Source: the human T2T-CHM13v2.0 reference genome, Homo sapiens
Assembly (NCBI RefSeq): GCF_009914755.1
Contig: NC_060930.1
Length of the DNA: 64,000 nucleotides
Strand: one strand, 5' to 3'
Position numbers and translations under genes: made by a program. The first letter of the stretch is position 1, and every line of letters starts with the position of its first letter. The notes under the pieces were generated by a model. It did no database searches, had not been told where the DNA came from, and saw only the letters and a list, made by a program, of their open reading frames with translations. Of the stretch, positions 1 to 15,319 are shown piece by piece.

Positions 1-250
1 ACAAACAGGGCTTATGTAGCTTCTACATACACATAGTTCAGTGCTAATAAGCAAAACAGGGATTATGGAATCATGCTAATACATATCCTACCTTTGAAGG
101 TAAGGTTAGTGGGGAAAATAGTTTTGTATGTTTTGCTTTAGTTCAAAGAGCTATGCTTCCTTTTTGTTAGGAAATATTCCTTGTTTTGTTTGTTCTTGGT
201 TTTGTCTTCCACTATTTACTTAGTTTGCTACCATTTTCTCTTTTGCCTAG

Positions 251-464
251 GAGATTGCATCAACAGTTTGAAAGCTATAAGGAACAAGTGAGAAAAATAG
301 GGGAAGAAGCGCGGCGTTACCAGGGCGAGCACAAAGACGATGCTCCGACTTGTGGAATCTGTCATAAAACAAAGTTTGCTGATGGGTGCGGTCATCTCTG
401 CTCCTATTGTCGCACTAAGTTCTGTGCGCGCTGCGGAGGCCGCGTGTCTCTACGGTCAAACAAC
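251..464 (+). CDS. RIMS1: RIMS1 (RIM1) internal coding exon, N-terminal zinc-finger region
   Basis: Translates RLHQQFESYKEQVRKIGEEARRYQGEHKDDAPTCGICHKTKFADGCGHLCSYCRTKFCARCGGRVSLRSNN, recognised as RIM1 with three CxxC pairs. Acceptor ttttctcttttgcctag|G at 250/251; donor AAC|gtgagt at 464/465 (phase 0). CpG-rich within an AT-rich intron. Confidence 0.97.
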
Positions 465-1591
465 GTGAGTATTCCATGAACATAAGGGGCGTTGTGAATG
501 TGGATAAAAACTATTACGCCTTCCAAACATGAGAACACGTGCATCTTAGAAAGCAGACATGTGCATAAACATACACATTAAAATGAACCTCCCTCATTTT
601 GTTCATGTCCTTAATAAGGTAGTGGAATGCTGATGAAAGTAATTCCTAAAAAGAACTTACTTTATCTTTGTTTCTTAATACATGATTCCAATTCAAAACC
701 AACAGATTACCTGTGAGAATTCATTTGGTTTTTGAAAAATGCAGTTAATGTAGATTTAATATTATCATAAATTATAAAACTCTTGAAAGTTATGACCAAT
801 TCTTTTAAAAAAGTTAACTACTTTTGATTTCTGTAACATTAGTATTCAGATTGAATGCACGTAAAATGCAAAATAACTGAATGTCATATATTAAGCAATG
901 ATTAGCCTCTATGAGAGTAAATTCAGATTTACTGATATGTTAAAGAAATACAGTGGCAAGCTTATCTCATGGAAATTATTTAGATATTTAAAGTCTATTG
1001 AGATTTGCACTTCTCATTTTCTTCTCTATAAGATATATTCTTACCTGATGATGTTTCCTTATTTGGCTTAAATAAGAGCTACCTACTCCTGTTATGCCAG
1101 TACTTTAAATAAATGCAATTTTTGAAGCGTTAAGATGCTAATATGATAGGAACCAATATTATTATTTATGAAATACTAGAGTAATTCTAATAAATATTTA
1201 GTTTAGAATACATTTTAATGTTATACTTTATCATATTCTCTAAAATAGTGCAGTATAATTATTTATAGGGAAATCTTGATAGATTTCCTTGATAGAGATC
1301 TGCAGCTTAATGTAGAACAGTTACAAGCATGTAGCTAAAGAATTCCCAGTGTTCCTGTAAAGAATTTGTCATATTATCTAATCATTAATAGATTATAATA
1401 CGAAGTCATGTTTAAAAATAACACGAAATCTTTAAGCCCTCTTGATATTTCTCTATTTTGCACATTACAGTTAAATTTAAAACAAACCTCCCAATCAACA
1501 TTATATTCTTTAGTAGTCTAGTTGAGTTACAAGTCAGATATTCTAAACTTTATTCCAGTGGACTTAAGACACTGAGTATGATCAATATATC

Positions 1592-1895
1592 TTTTTTTTT
1601 TTTTTCTTTTTTTTCTTGAGACAGAGTCTTGCTCTGTCACCCAGGCTGGATTGCAGTGGCATTTGGCTCACCGCCATCTCCACCTCCTGGATTCAAGTGC
1701 TTCTCCCACCTCAGCCTCCCGAGTAGCTGAGATTACAGGTGGCTGCCACCATGCCTAGCTAATTTTTGTATTTTCAGTAGAGACGGGGTTTCACCATGTT
1801 GACCAGGCTGATCTCGAACTCCTGACCTCAGGTGATCCGCCCGTCTCGGCTTCCCAAAGGGCTGGGATTACAGGTGTGAGCCACTGCACCTGGCC
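1592..1895 (-). mobile_element. AluS (Sx-like)
   Basis: Poly-T followed by Alu reverse complement ending ggcc; TSD gatcaatatatc at 1580-1591 and 1896-1907. Confidence 0.95.
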
Positions 1896-1909
1896 GATCA
1901 ATATATCTT

Positions 1910-2035
1910 ATACTTTAAGGTGAGACTGTTACTACCTCTGTGGCTTTAGGAAGATAACTTCTCTGAACAGTTTCTTTACCTATGAAGACTGGATAGTAAT
2001 ATTTACCTTGTATGGGTGTTATGAAAATTAAATAA
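1910..2035 (+). mobile_element. MIR fragment
   Basis: Contains aacttctctgaacagtttc...atagtaatatttacc...gttatgaaaattaaat, a MIR core/3' pattern. Confidence 0.6.
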
Positions 2036-3196
2036 AAATAACTAAAATCTAGGTCTTTATGATATGTATATTTAATCTTTCTTTAGGGTCCCATTCTTAT
2101 GACTCCATAAGTTTTCTTTTCCTCTCCTAATAGTGGTTTGTTATAGGCAATCATCATATGCCACCTTATAGGCTTTCTAAAATAAACTTGGATATTAAGG
2201 TTGTATCTGGCACATAGAAAGTACATAAGATCTATTTGTTAACTTCCCCTTCTATAGTGCTCTTTAATACACTATTTTGGAATACATTCTTACAGGTAAA
2301 ACTTGGAGGCAACATCAAAATACTTAACAACCCATGTGGTAAGGACATTGTTCAGTCTGAAAAGATGTTGGCAGTGAACAATGAGGCGCAGATCAGCTGA
2401 GTGCTAGTGCTTGCTAAGCACCCACAACTGTTAAATGCTTTTAACTTCCCATTATAGGTTTGAGACATGCCAATAGCAATACAGTTAATGATTGATATAT
2501 TAAAGTCATCAGGTCTTAAAAAGGAGAGGGTGTTTAAAGAAAATTGAGGTAGGAGGTACTTACGCTTTGGAGAGGACACTCACGCCTAGTGTAGTTCATC
2601 TTTACTAAACCCATCCAATCTTGGAAAAAATATTTAAAGGAACAAAATAAAAGAAAGCACACATCTTAAGATATTTCATTCGGAGCACAAGACAAAAACA
2701 TTGTATAAAGTTGTTTTTTTCTATAACAAACGTTGAAATGTGTATCACAAATAAATATTGCCTGTGGAATAATTTATTGCCAAAATAGTTAACATATTTC
2801 TCTTCCCATTTTTATTTATTATAAACATTTCTCATTCTTTACATTTTCCCAAATTGTGACTATCAATATTTTAACAATAATTTGACAAAATTATTGATAC
2901 AATTTTATGCATTTTAATAAAATATTTTTCAATAATAGGTAGACTACATGTGGTAGTGAATTAACCTTCTTTATGAAGAATATTTTAAATCTAGATTTAC
3001 TAATCCAAGTTCTAAAATATTAGGAAATTATTGTGCCTAACTCTTGTATCTAACATATAGCAGGACCCATAATGTTTGCATTTTCAATGAAGGATTGAAC
3101 AATTACTATTTTTTAGGAAAAGTAAACATTTACTTTTCAAAATAGTTGTGCTTTAATACTTTGAAGAAACACATAATTGTTTTCTTAAAACCAATT

Positions 3197-3275
3197 TATT
3201 AATACATGGCTCAATTTTGTTTTTCTTTTCTTTGTCTTCTTTCTCTACTCTGCTTCCTTGGATGCTTTCCCAAAG
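3197..3275 (+). promoter_or_regulatory. Microexon 3' splice region: branch-point candidates, polypyrimidine tract, UGC motifs
   Basis: tattaat and gctcaat near 3197-3215; U-rich tract 3215-3250; TGC at 3251-3253 and 3263-3265, the position typical of SRRM4/SRRM3-dependent microexons. Confidence 0.6.
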
Positions 3276-3287
3276 GAGGACAAAGTG
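3276..3287 (+). CDS. RIMS1: RIMS1 12-nt microexon encoding EDKV
   Basis: Sequence is tttcccaaag|GAGGACAAAGTG|gttaga. From recall RIM1 continues ...RSNN-EDKV-VMWVCNLC. Phase 0/0, long pyrimidine tract, no AG between 3167 and 3273. Confidence 0.92.
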
Positions 3288-3930
3288 GTTAGAATCCATA
3301 CTTTCTTTTCTATCATTTGTTATTGTATTGTTGTGAACTTTATTAAGTGAATGTTGCACCTAGTATTGTTAATAACTATATTTAACAAGAAATTATATAC
3401 TAGGAAGAGCTCATTTCCAGCTTTCATGAAAAAAATAAACATTTAGGAGCATTACAGAGTTTGATATTAATAGATAAAGTCTGGATAGTTTGAGTTCATG
3501 ATGACAGTGAAATTTTAATATAATTTATATCATTGCAAGCTCATTTATCTGCTTGACTCTGAGTTTTGATGATTATTCCAACTACTTTCAGAAACAATAA
3601 ATTCTAATGGGCTCTACCTTTTTCAGCATGCAAAGGCAGGTGATTTGAAACTTTATTGCAGAAGGAATGGAAAACACTTAGTAAAGGGAATGGATCAAAT
3701 TCAAGTAAAGAGGCCAAAGTATAATTATTTTTCTATAGAACACAAGTAGCAGAGTTGTCATACTGAACCACATTTTGCCTTTTTCTTCTCTCCTATGAAT
3801 ATGAATAACTTGTTAGGAGAGTAAAAGGTCACTTTTAACTCTTATCAGCTGTAGAAACCACAGAGGCTCTTTGTGCCTGGGAAGATAGGCTCCAAGTAGA
3901 ATGTTCAGTCAGCCTTTCCTTTGTATAAAC

Positions 3931-4039
3931 ACTATACACCTTCATTTGGTGTAAATTACTATACACCTTCATTTGGTGTAAATTTTATACATACTATACA
4001 CCTTCATTTGGTATGAATTACACCTTCATTTGGTGTAAA
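3931..4039. repeat. Tandem repeat, about 4 x 27 bp, each unit with an internal hairpin
   Basis: Unit actatacaccttcatttggtgtaaatt at 3931, 3958, 3993 and a partial copy at 4020; contains TACACC-ttcattt-GGTGTA. Confidence 0.9.
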
Positions 4040-6959
4040 CTTCCTCGCAGCTCATTAATCTACCAATATGAGAATGAGACAATGAGTATTTCAGGTTTAA
4101 TATATCAACTGAGCTGCCTTTGTTCAAAAATTTTAAAGCTTATATGATACACTGCAGTGCATAATTAGCAAGTGTGACATTAAACTGAACATTAATCTGT
4201 GTTTCTAAATTTACGCTAGGATATGCTTATTGATTTTTTCTATGAAAAAGAAATAGAGTTGAAAAATTATATAGGATAATCTATTTTTGGTATTTATTTT
4301 TGTCTGTACCATTGACTGTATGTGGGATAATTTTAGGGGATATTATTATAATGCCAATTTCATCAATATTATTACTTTGGATGAGTTCACAGTCGAAACG
4401 TGGGTAAAGTTCCTTTAAAGAGTAAAAGTGTAAGTAAATAATGCTGGTGTTTAGGCAGATTTGGTGATAAAATTTAAACTGCTCTCCTGTAGGGCTGGCC
4501 AAACTCACTATCCCTTTGACAGCGTTACCCATAATGGTAGGTTATTTGTGCTTGTTATGATTATAGTGTAATGAGAATACAGGTGGGTTTTGTGGACTCA
4601 GACTAAAAATAGAGTGGAAAGACCTGTAAAATATAATCACTTTCAATTATTTTCTTCACTTTGGTTAGAATGTATATATCTATCACTTTATTTTTAAGTA
4701 CTCTGTCATAATTTCTTTAAACACCATTTTAGCTTATTGAAGGAGTTCAATGAATGGCCTTTCTAGCCAAGGGAAACTGAAGCCACATTTTGTCTTAGCC
4801 ATGTTAAAGAGAATAACTGACTATTAAATGAAATACTTTATTGCCAGTTCTTTCCCTATTCCTCTAATCTCTTTTATTTTTAGTAGAGAAATTATAATTT
4901 ACATGTGTGTGGTGTTGGTATGGGTGGAAAGGGAAGAGAGATAAGGGTGAATAAAACTTTTCTAAAAGTAATCTTCATCTTGATCAATATAATAATAATA
5001 CATTCTACTTGATCTGTTAAATTGGTGAAGAACTGTGATTAAAATAAAGGAGTATGTGATATGAAGTCCTAAGAATAGCTAATTTATAAATGTTTCCTTT
5101 GTTAAGCCCGGCAAAATTATTGTCATATTTTCCATATCAGCAATATTTTATTTTAAAACTTCATCCTCAGCCTAAATCATATCTAATAATAACTTGGAAG
5201 ATTTTGTATTTACTTATAAAGAAAATTGCTGTCATAAAGAATGACTTTGTAATGGGCATATGTAATGGTTGATAAAAGAAAATTATGTTGTCAAGTGCAC
5301 ACTCTCATTGGCAAAATTATGATTATATTTTTTACTTCATTAAAAGCCCTCCTTGAAGCCTAAATATATAGCAATACTCTAAAATTTCCCATAGCCAGTT
5401 TAAATTACTTTTATCTTTGTTTTACTATTTGGTGGCAGAGGATTGAATTTAGATAGCTCTCTTGATAATATTTAACACTTTGCTGCTGCTAAGCCAACTG
5501 AATTGAATCCTGCAAACTTAATTCCTTTGGGATTTCCCATAAATTTTCATCACTATTTTTTTAGTAAGGATGATTGGTTGATGAATATAGCAACTAAAAT
5601 GAACTTGCTACGTTTCTTGTTTATCTGTATTTTCACAAAGAAAGTGTCAGGTTTTATAAGTTAAGATTATTCTACAATAAATGTTAGCATTACTCTGAAA
5701 AACAGAACCTTACTATTTTCTTATTCTTTCAACATATGAAAGCTGCACATACCTACCTTTTAAGTATCACATATAAAAAATAATTTTTATATCAAAGTAA
5801 TAACAAGACACTAAATTGACAAAGTTACAATTTTTCAACTAGTTTTTCGTAACTGTCCATTGAAGTTTGTTTTAAGACATCATAATAAATGATATGTTAG
5901 TAAATAAATATGCTTTTATAGAAAGGCTTATAAAAGGTGGGAATTGGCTTGGATGGGACAGGATGTTGGCTTGAATGGTATAGTGCCAACTGAATTTGAA
6001 CCTGGCTGTATTATAAGGTGTTGTCTGTGGGATGGTTGATTCTTAACAGCTTAAAAAAACATTACTCTCAAAGACTCAACTCTTAAATACCAAAGTGATG
6101 ATTTGTTTCTTTCTCTGGCTAGCATTAAAGGCAACCAAGAAAAATAACCATTTTTAAAATGATTTGCATGATTGCATTAAATATTTATTCTTGTTATGAA
6201 AAGTCTTCTCAGAGTTATCCATATTTAGCTCATGGCATGATGAAGCATATGATCCTAATTTACAACCTTCAGTCTTTTGAAAAAGTGATTATAAGAGTTT
6301 GCCTGGACCCACTTTTATGTTTTCTTCTTTTTATCTGGATGTTTTGATAGATTTCTCTGACAAAAGTTCTTTTGAAATTCTTCCCAGAAAAATAACATAG
6401 GTCTATATAGAAAGTTTATAAATATAGATAAATACATCAATAAGAAAAGTTTAGAATGTATCAAGAGAACTTTCATTTGGCAATTTGGCTGATTAGATTT
6501 CACAAGTTGTCTGGTTTTGCTGAGCTTATCCTAGAGAGGAATAAAACATCAAATTGCAGAAACTTTTATGGAAGATAATTCAGAAAGCTGTGAATTTTTA
6601 ATGACAAATCTATTTTTGAAATTTGCTAGCCTGTTTTTGAGATTTGCTAGCCTGTTTTAACCTCTTGCATTCAGCATTACTATTCTTTAAACTTCGTATG
6701 ATTATTGCATATTGCATATTATTGCATATTATCAAAGTTCTGGTTAGTCTTGGTTTTGTACCTTCCTGCATCATCTTTTAGTACAGTTATAAAATCTGTT
6801 TCAAGAAATTATAATTTTTCAAATCAGTATTAAATAAGGATTCATAGTAGGACTATGGGAGCTGCTCAAGGGTTAGAAAATTAGCCTTTTCTAGTATAAG
6901 GAAAGGGCTATGGTAGAAAGAGCTTCCAAAAAGTTAAGGACTATGGACAAAATTCTTGA

Positions 6960-7200
6960 TATTTTTGTGAACATACGTTGTCAAATCTTACGTTTATGTA
7001 TCTAGGAGTGGAATTACTGGGTCACATGAAAACTCTATGTTTGTCCTTTTGAGGGACTGCCAAACTTTCCCCAAGCAGCTGCATAGCAATAAATGGGGGT
7101 TTCAATTTCTCCACATTTTTATCAATGTTTGTTATTGTCTTTTTGATTAGGAGCCATCATATTGCAAGGGAATGAAGTAGTATCTCATTGTGGTTATCAT
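6960..7200 (-). mobile_element. Old L1M 3' fragment
   Basis: Contains ctaggagtggaattactgggtcacatg and gtagtatctcattgtgg, antisense L1 ORF2 end motifs. Confidence 0.7.
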
Positions 7201-8264
7201 AAAACTTTTTTTAGCCAAAATTATCAAACTTGTTTGATATCTCCAATGATTCAGTCTGTGTGAACTTTTATTCATACATAAAAATGCTTCTAGCTTAGTA
7301 ATTTCTTGAGAATGAATTTTTTTAAGACATATTCAAAGTTTTAGAAGTTCATTTTTTTCTTCTCTGGGGATTCTTTATTTCTCTAAATTAGAATTATATA
7401 GGTACTTATTAATCCGTATAAGTCAATCTAAACAGGAACTCTGAAATTTAAGATTACTTGGAATTTAATATCTGTCTGTCTGGACTAACTATCCCTAGGA
7501 TGCAAAGTGAGAGATTTTTATGACCAGTTGAAAAGACTGCTTTTTAAGCTCACAAAGAGAACTAGCAGTTTCAGTTTTATCTCTCAGCCATAGGTCCAAG
7601 ATTAACAGAGAAACTTAAGTGCCTACTTTAAAAGGCTATTCTTTCATGGTGCATAATATATTTTCTCTAGTGAACTTTCAGTAGCATTTGAACAGATGCA
7701 CATAAATACTGACAACCAAATTTTCTGTCATCTGCCACCCAACTTTCAATATATGCCACATACCTGCCATCCAACAGATTTCATGGACAGGGAGCTCCTG
7801 ACCACTCAACAGCAGTTACTTATAATGGAGCTTCTGCACCATGGAGCTGGAAATGGGGATAAGAAATGTTGGTAGCCGTTTCCTCTGGGACTGATACTGT
7901 AGTCTTTCAGAACTGGGGAGAGAGAGAGCCCATTCACTTGGCCGTACCTACCAAGAATAGAATTTGCATCTTGCTGAGCATGGAGCAGAGAAGAAAGGAA
8001 GTTGGTTGTGGCTCAAGTCTCTTGCTGTTCTTATAAAAATTTAGTAGAGTTTCTCTAACAGATGTTTCTACATTTGCTGTATACACTTCAGACAATTTTC
8101 AGATACTTTAAATGACTGTTTTTTTTAAAAAAATAATTTTTATTAGTTGTAGTTGTTTTGCTGGGGAGAAGGATCTGCAGAGGTCCTCACATTACCAGTC
8201 TGGAGTTACTCAAATAGACTCTTCATAGTTTTGTGTTAATTCATCCATTCACTTATTTATTTAT

Positions 8265-8721
<457 letters not shown>

Positions 8722-10606
8722 TAATATAAACGTTATTTGTATTCAAGAAAATTCAATTGCATTTCATCACTAAGCTTACTTTTGTTTAACCAAGCAGCCA
8801 CTAAAATTAATTATTATAATTAAGAGTAAATTCTATTCCTTGGGTTACATGAACTCATTCATTTATTCATTTATTCAGGGATTTTTAATTTAATTTTATT
8901 ATGACTACATTAGGTTAAATAGTTAATATGCAATGCAGATAATAAACACTTTCTTTTGCAAGTTTATTATTTAATAAATTCAACTTAAAATGTGTATCTA
9001 TATGCATATGTATACGTATAGTATAACTATAATGCTATGTTGCTGCATAATAATTTTATGAATGTTATATTAAAGAATAAATAGAATTCCCTCAGATTTC
9101 CCCTTAGTGTACAGGATGACAACTGTCTAGTAATTCAGCCAGCACCCCACCAAACATTTTAGTGCCAAAAGCATCTTGTGCTGATTTTCTTATAAGCCTC
9201 AGGTCTACTAGACTATGACTATTCCTCATATTCTATTTATTAAAGCAGGTTTGAAGATATTTTTTAAATTTTGGAAAATATGTTCTAAATTTATTAGTTT
9301 TGCAGTTACTTTAAAAACTTTAAAAATATGTTCTAAAGCTTGTAACCATAACATGAAATTAGATATGTAGATCTTAAAAAGTCCTTGTTTTTATATATGG
9401 CCTTACTAAGGCATTTAACAAATACATTTATTCATTGGCCGATTTATTTTGTTTTTGTATGTATATATGCAATAGTTTTTTCATATGTAAACTTCAACAG
9501 CAAATATTTTGTTTTCAGAAAGTAATCCTTTTGAATCACTTTACAATGGTGGCAAAATAATTTTGTGCATTTAATTTATGAACATCTTTGTTATAAAAGA
9601 CTTAATTTTTATAAAAATCAATCAAGTTGTTTTTATTGACCAATAAAGTGCTGTTACAGCAAATTACATGGGAAAGAGTAGAAAACTAAATCTTTCAGGG
9701 AGAAAATAATATGCCTTGTGACTCTTCAACTACTTCTATGGAATTTGAAAATGTCTGTGTCTTTTAAACTACATAGAAACACAGAAGACCAACAATGTCA
9801 GTCACTGAGCCAATGTGCAATTATAATGTTTTTCAGTACAAGCTAAACCAGGAATGACAATCACAAGGAGAAGATGCACTTGACGGACAGTATCACAGAA
9901 GTTTCTAGGTAGGGCAGTAAGTCAAGCCTCAGATCGGTAGTTGGGATTTTTCTTGTTTTGTTTGTTGCTGTTTTTATTGTTTGTTTGTTTGTTTTATTTT
10001 GCTTTTAGACATGGTTAAAACTTGTATTACTTTTTACAATTACTTTGTTAAATTACGTGTCAGACTAGTGTATGATGGTTCCCCTAAAAAATATATCTTC
10101 TGAAATCTATGTATTTTAGTTCTCTTTAAAATTTACTATTGCTAGAGATGCTTAAATTGTTATTAGATATCAAAGGACCATTTGGGAGGACTCTTGTATA
10201 TGAGATTTATGCGTCATATGCAGATTAACTTCACTTACCAGCTATCAATAACTACTAACTTCTCTTAGTATATCTTTCTCTTATATACTTTCATACCTAT
10301 TTTCAGTTTTTCTCTTTGTTGAAGTACTTTTTGTCAAACTTTTTCCAGTTGATGAAGAGCTGTCTATCAAAGGGTCAGAGCAGCTCAAATGCCATCCTCC
10401 ATGCAGAGTGCTCCCTGAGTGTACCAGCCAGAATTAGCTCTTTCTGCATCATTTACACTTCATCATTATCACAGATTCCATTTTAATGTGTGAGTTTCTG
10501 GCAGGTAAGGAAAGAATATATACACCCTTGAATACTCTGATAAGCACCTGGCTTGAAGAACAAATAAAAGAACATAAAATCCTGGTGGATAATAGAAATG
10601 AAACCC

Positions 10607-10910
10607 CACCAGGAGCGGTAGCTCACGCCTGTAATCCCAGCACTTTGGGAGGCTGCGGGGAGTGGATCACCTGAGGCCAGGAGTTCAAGACCAGCCTGGC
10701 CAACATGGCAAAACCCTGTTTCTACTAAAAATACAAAAATTAACCAGGCGTGGTGGCAGGTGCCTGTACTACCAGCTACTTGGGAGGCTGAAGTGGGAGG
10801 ATTGCTTGAATCCGAGAAGTGGAGGTTGCAGTGAGCCAAGATCGCATCACTGTACTCCAGCCTGGGCAACAGAGTAAGACTCCATCTCAAAAGAAAAAAG
10901 AAAGAAAGAA
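10607..10910 (+). mobile_element. AluS
   Basis: Full dimer with A/GAAA tail; TSD-like agaaatgaaa at 10594-10603 and 10911-10920. Confidence 0.93.
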
Positions 10911-11311
10911 AGAAATGAAATACTAAGTTAGGTGACAGTACTGTTTTGCTTCTTAAAATAGTTCAGTGGTGATGATGTGGTCAAAGGACAATTAAAAACA
11001 ATGGAACTGGGTAGGGGCCAGTTAAGGGGTTATGAGAAGACATTTACACAAAATATACCAAATAAATTTCATATTTGTTGGGAAAATGCTAATTAAATGA
11101 GAGAAGAAATAGGTTCGTTTCAATTCTGACATATTATATGTGTATTAAATATTAATAGTGGTAGCTGCAGTAAATCATTCTTAGAAACTAATGTTTATTA
11201 GGCATGTCTTTCTCAAACACTAGATTGATCACAAGGCCTAATTCCTGTGATGTTTATATCAGAGATTACACAACAGCCTTAGCATTTGCTGGTATCAGCC
11301 CGATTCCATTC

Positions 11312-11715
11312 TGTTTTTTTGTTTGTTTGTTTTGTTTTGTTTTGTTTTATTGTGTTTTGTTTTTGAGACAGGGTCTCACTCTGTTGCCCAGGCTCTAGTG
11401 CAGTGCCATGATCAGGGCTCACTGCAGCCTTGACTTCCCTGGGCTCAGGCCATCATCCTACCTCACCCTTCTGTAACTGGGACTGAAGTGAAGTCTCCTG
11501 TAGCTGGGACTGAGGTGGCTGAGGCCATCTTCGCTTCCTGCAGCTGGGACTACAGGTGCCTGCCACCATGCTTGGATAATTTTGTGTGTGTGTGTGTGGA
11601 GACTGGGGTTTTACCATGTTGCCCAGGCTGGTTTGGAACTTGTGGGCTCAAGTGATCCTCCTGCCTCTGCCTCCCAAAGTGCTAGGATTACAGTTGTGAG
11701 CCACTGGGCCTTACC
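11312..11715 (-). mobile_element. AluJ with internal triplication
   Basis: J-type features gagacagggtctc and gctcactgcagcc; ctgtagctgggact-like motif three times at 11471-11552. Confidence 0.88.
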
Positions 11716-12012
11716 CAGTTCTATTGTTTTTAATTGTTACTCTTTGACTACATCATCACCACTAAACTATTTTAAGAAACAAAACAATACTATCACCTAA
11801 CTTACTATTTCATTTCTATTATCTACCAGGATCATATATTCCCTTATTTTTTATTTAAACTTCTGTCTTTTCATGGAGATTGAGGAAACAAAAGACTATC
11901 CTCCTGCCCTCACTGTGGGTTAACTACAAGTACATGTATCTCATTTTTCCCAATCTATATTTGATTCTATTTTTCCTCTAACTTTGAAACTTTAAAACTA
12001 AAGTTTCAGTTT

Positions 12013-14217
<2,205 letters not shown>

Positions 14218-15319
14218 TCAGTTTTTAGTGAAGAGTAAAAGTTGTGATCCTAAGATGAATTAGTGGATATGGTGTATAAAAGGTAATAGGGAGTGTCTAA
14301 AATAAATTAAGAAATTGTATATTAGCACTTCTTGTGTTTCCACCTCAAAACTATTCTTTAAAAAGCAAAGTAATTTTGATGAGTCTGTTTTGGATGTCTT
14401 TAATGTTTCCTTGTATTCAAGATAAAAGAAAAAATTGTATAAAGACATGGATAATTGGCATTGTCTTATTAAAGTTGCTTAGTTCTTTGTGTGGTCTTTT
14501 GATCTGTAGGCATGTCTTTCTTTATCCTTGATCATTGTTTCTCAGCTACCTACTTTGACCTCTCCTTTCTATTATCCAATGTATGTTGAATTTTCTGTAC
14601 CTACCTTCTCATACTTTTTCTCATCATCTTCACCACCTTCCGTTAGTAATATTTTTCAAAATCTCAAAGCTACTCTTATATGATTATTCATCCAGGTAAA
14701 TTTGAATAATCTGAAAACAAAATTTTGTTGATAGCAGGTTGTCCTGTTTTCATGGAAGAAATGTCTTCTCATAACCCCTTAAGAATATGAATTGCAGTTT
14801 TCTTTTTAATGTGATTTCCCCAAATTCTTGTAATACTGTATAATATGGCTGTCTCTTAGAGAAACATTTGCTCTGATTCCTCAGTAAAGTTCCACTTTTT
14901 CAAGTTTTCATCCATTGGTTTGTTTTTGGACTTTTATATTGATCTTCTTCTAAATTTTAGTTTTAGATAAAGAGGAGAGTTTTACTTTTCTATGAGTCCC
15001 ATCTGTCCATTTCTTGAAAAGTCTATGAAAGATGCAACGAGTAGGATGCCAGGCAGCAGGGAGTTCAGGGCAGGGTTTCTGGGAGAGGTCTCTCTCTGGG
15101 CCACTCCCACTCTAGCATTCCTAGTCTGCATTCCTTTGGTAGCGTCCTCAGTAGTGTTCAGGGGATTCAGATTTCTTTCCCCACAGTTGTCCCATGGATC
15201 ATACTTGTCTCCAGCCTCTGGAGGTGCCTCTGAACTTCCAAGTATCTATAACAGAGTTCTAATTGTCCTAGTAAACAGTGAGGAGACCACCAAAGAGGCT
15301 TCAGCCTGGTAGTCAAATA

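Larger units (their letters stand above)
10579..11832. repeat. Inverted duplication of about 130 bp; left arm split by AluS
   Basis: 10579-10603 plus 10921-11022 is the reverse complement of 11703-11832, with about 10 substitutions and a small indel. Confidence 0.9.

Noticed and set aside
186-479. 97-aa ORF as a standalone gene
   Set aside because: It starts at a non-ATG codon in the intron; only 251-464 lies between splice sites.
3931-4039. CRISPR-like palindromic repeats
   Set aside because: No unique spacers, no cas genes, and a eukaryotic intron context.
6620-6735. Short duplications (atttgctagcctgtttt x2; attgcat x3)
   Set aside because: Ordinary slippage products with no further structure.
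10483-10890. Alu-derived ORFs (also about 25.5k, 41.1k, 48.6k, 54.4k, 63.4k)
   Set aside because: Standard Alu translations with no gene structure.
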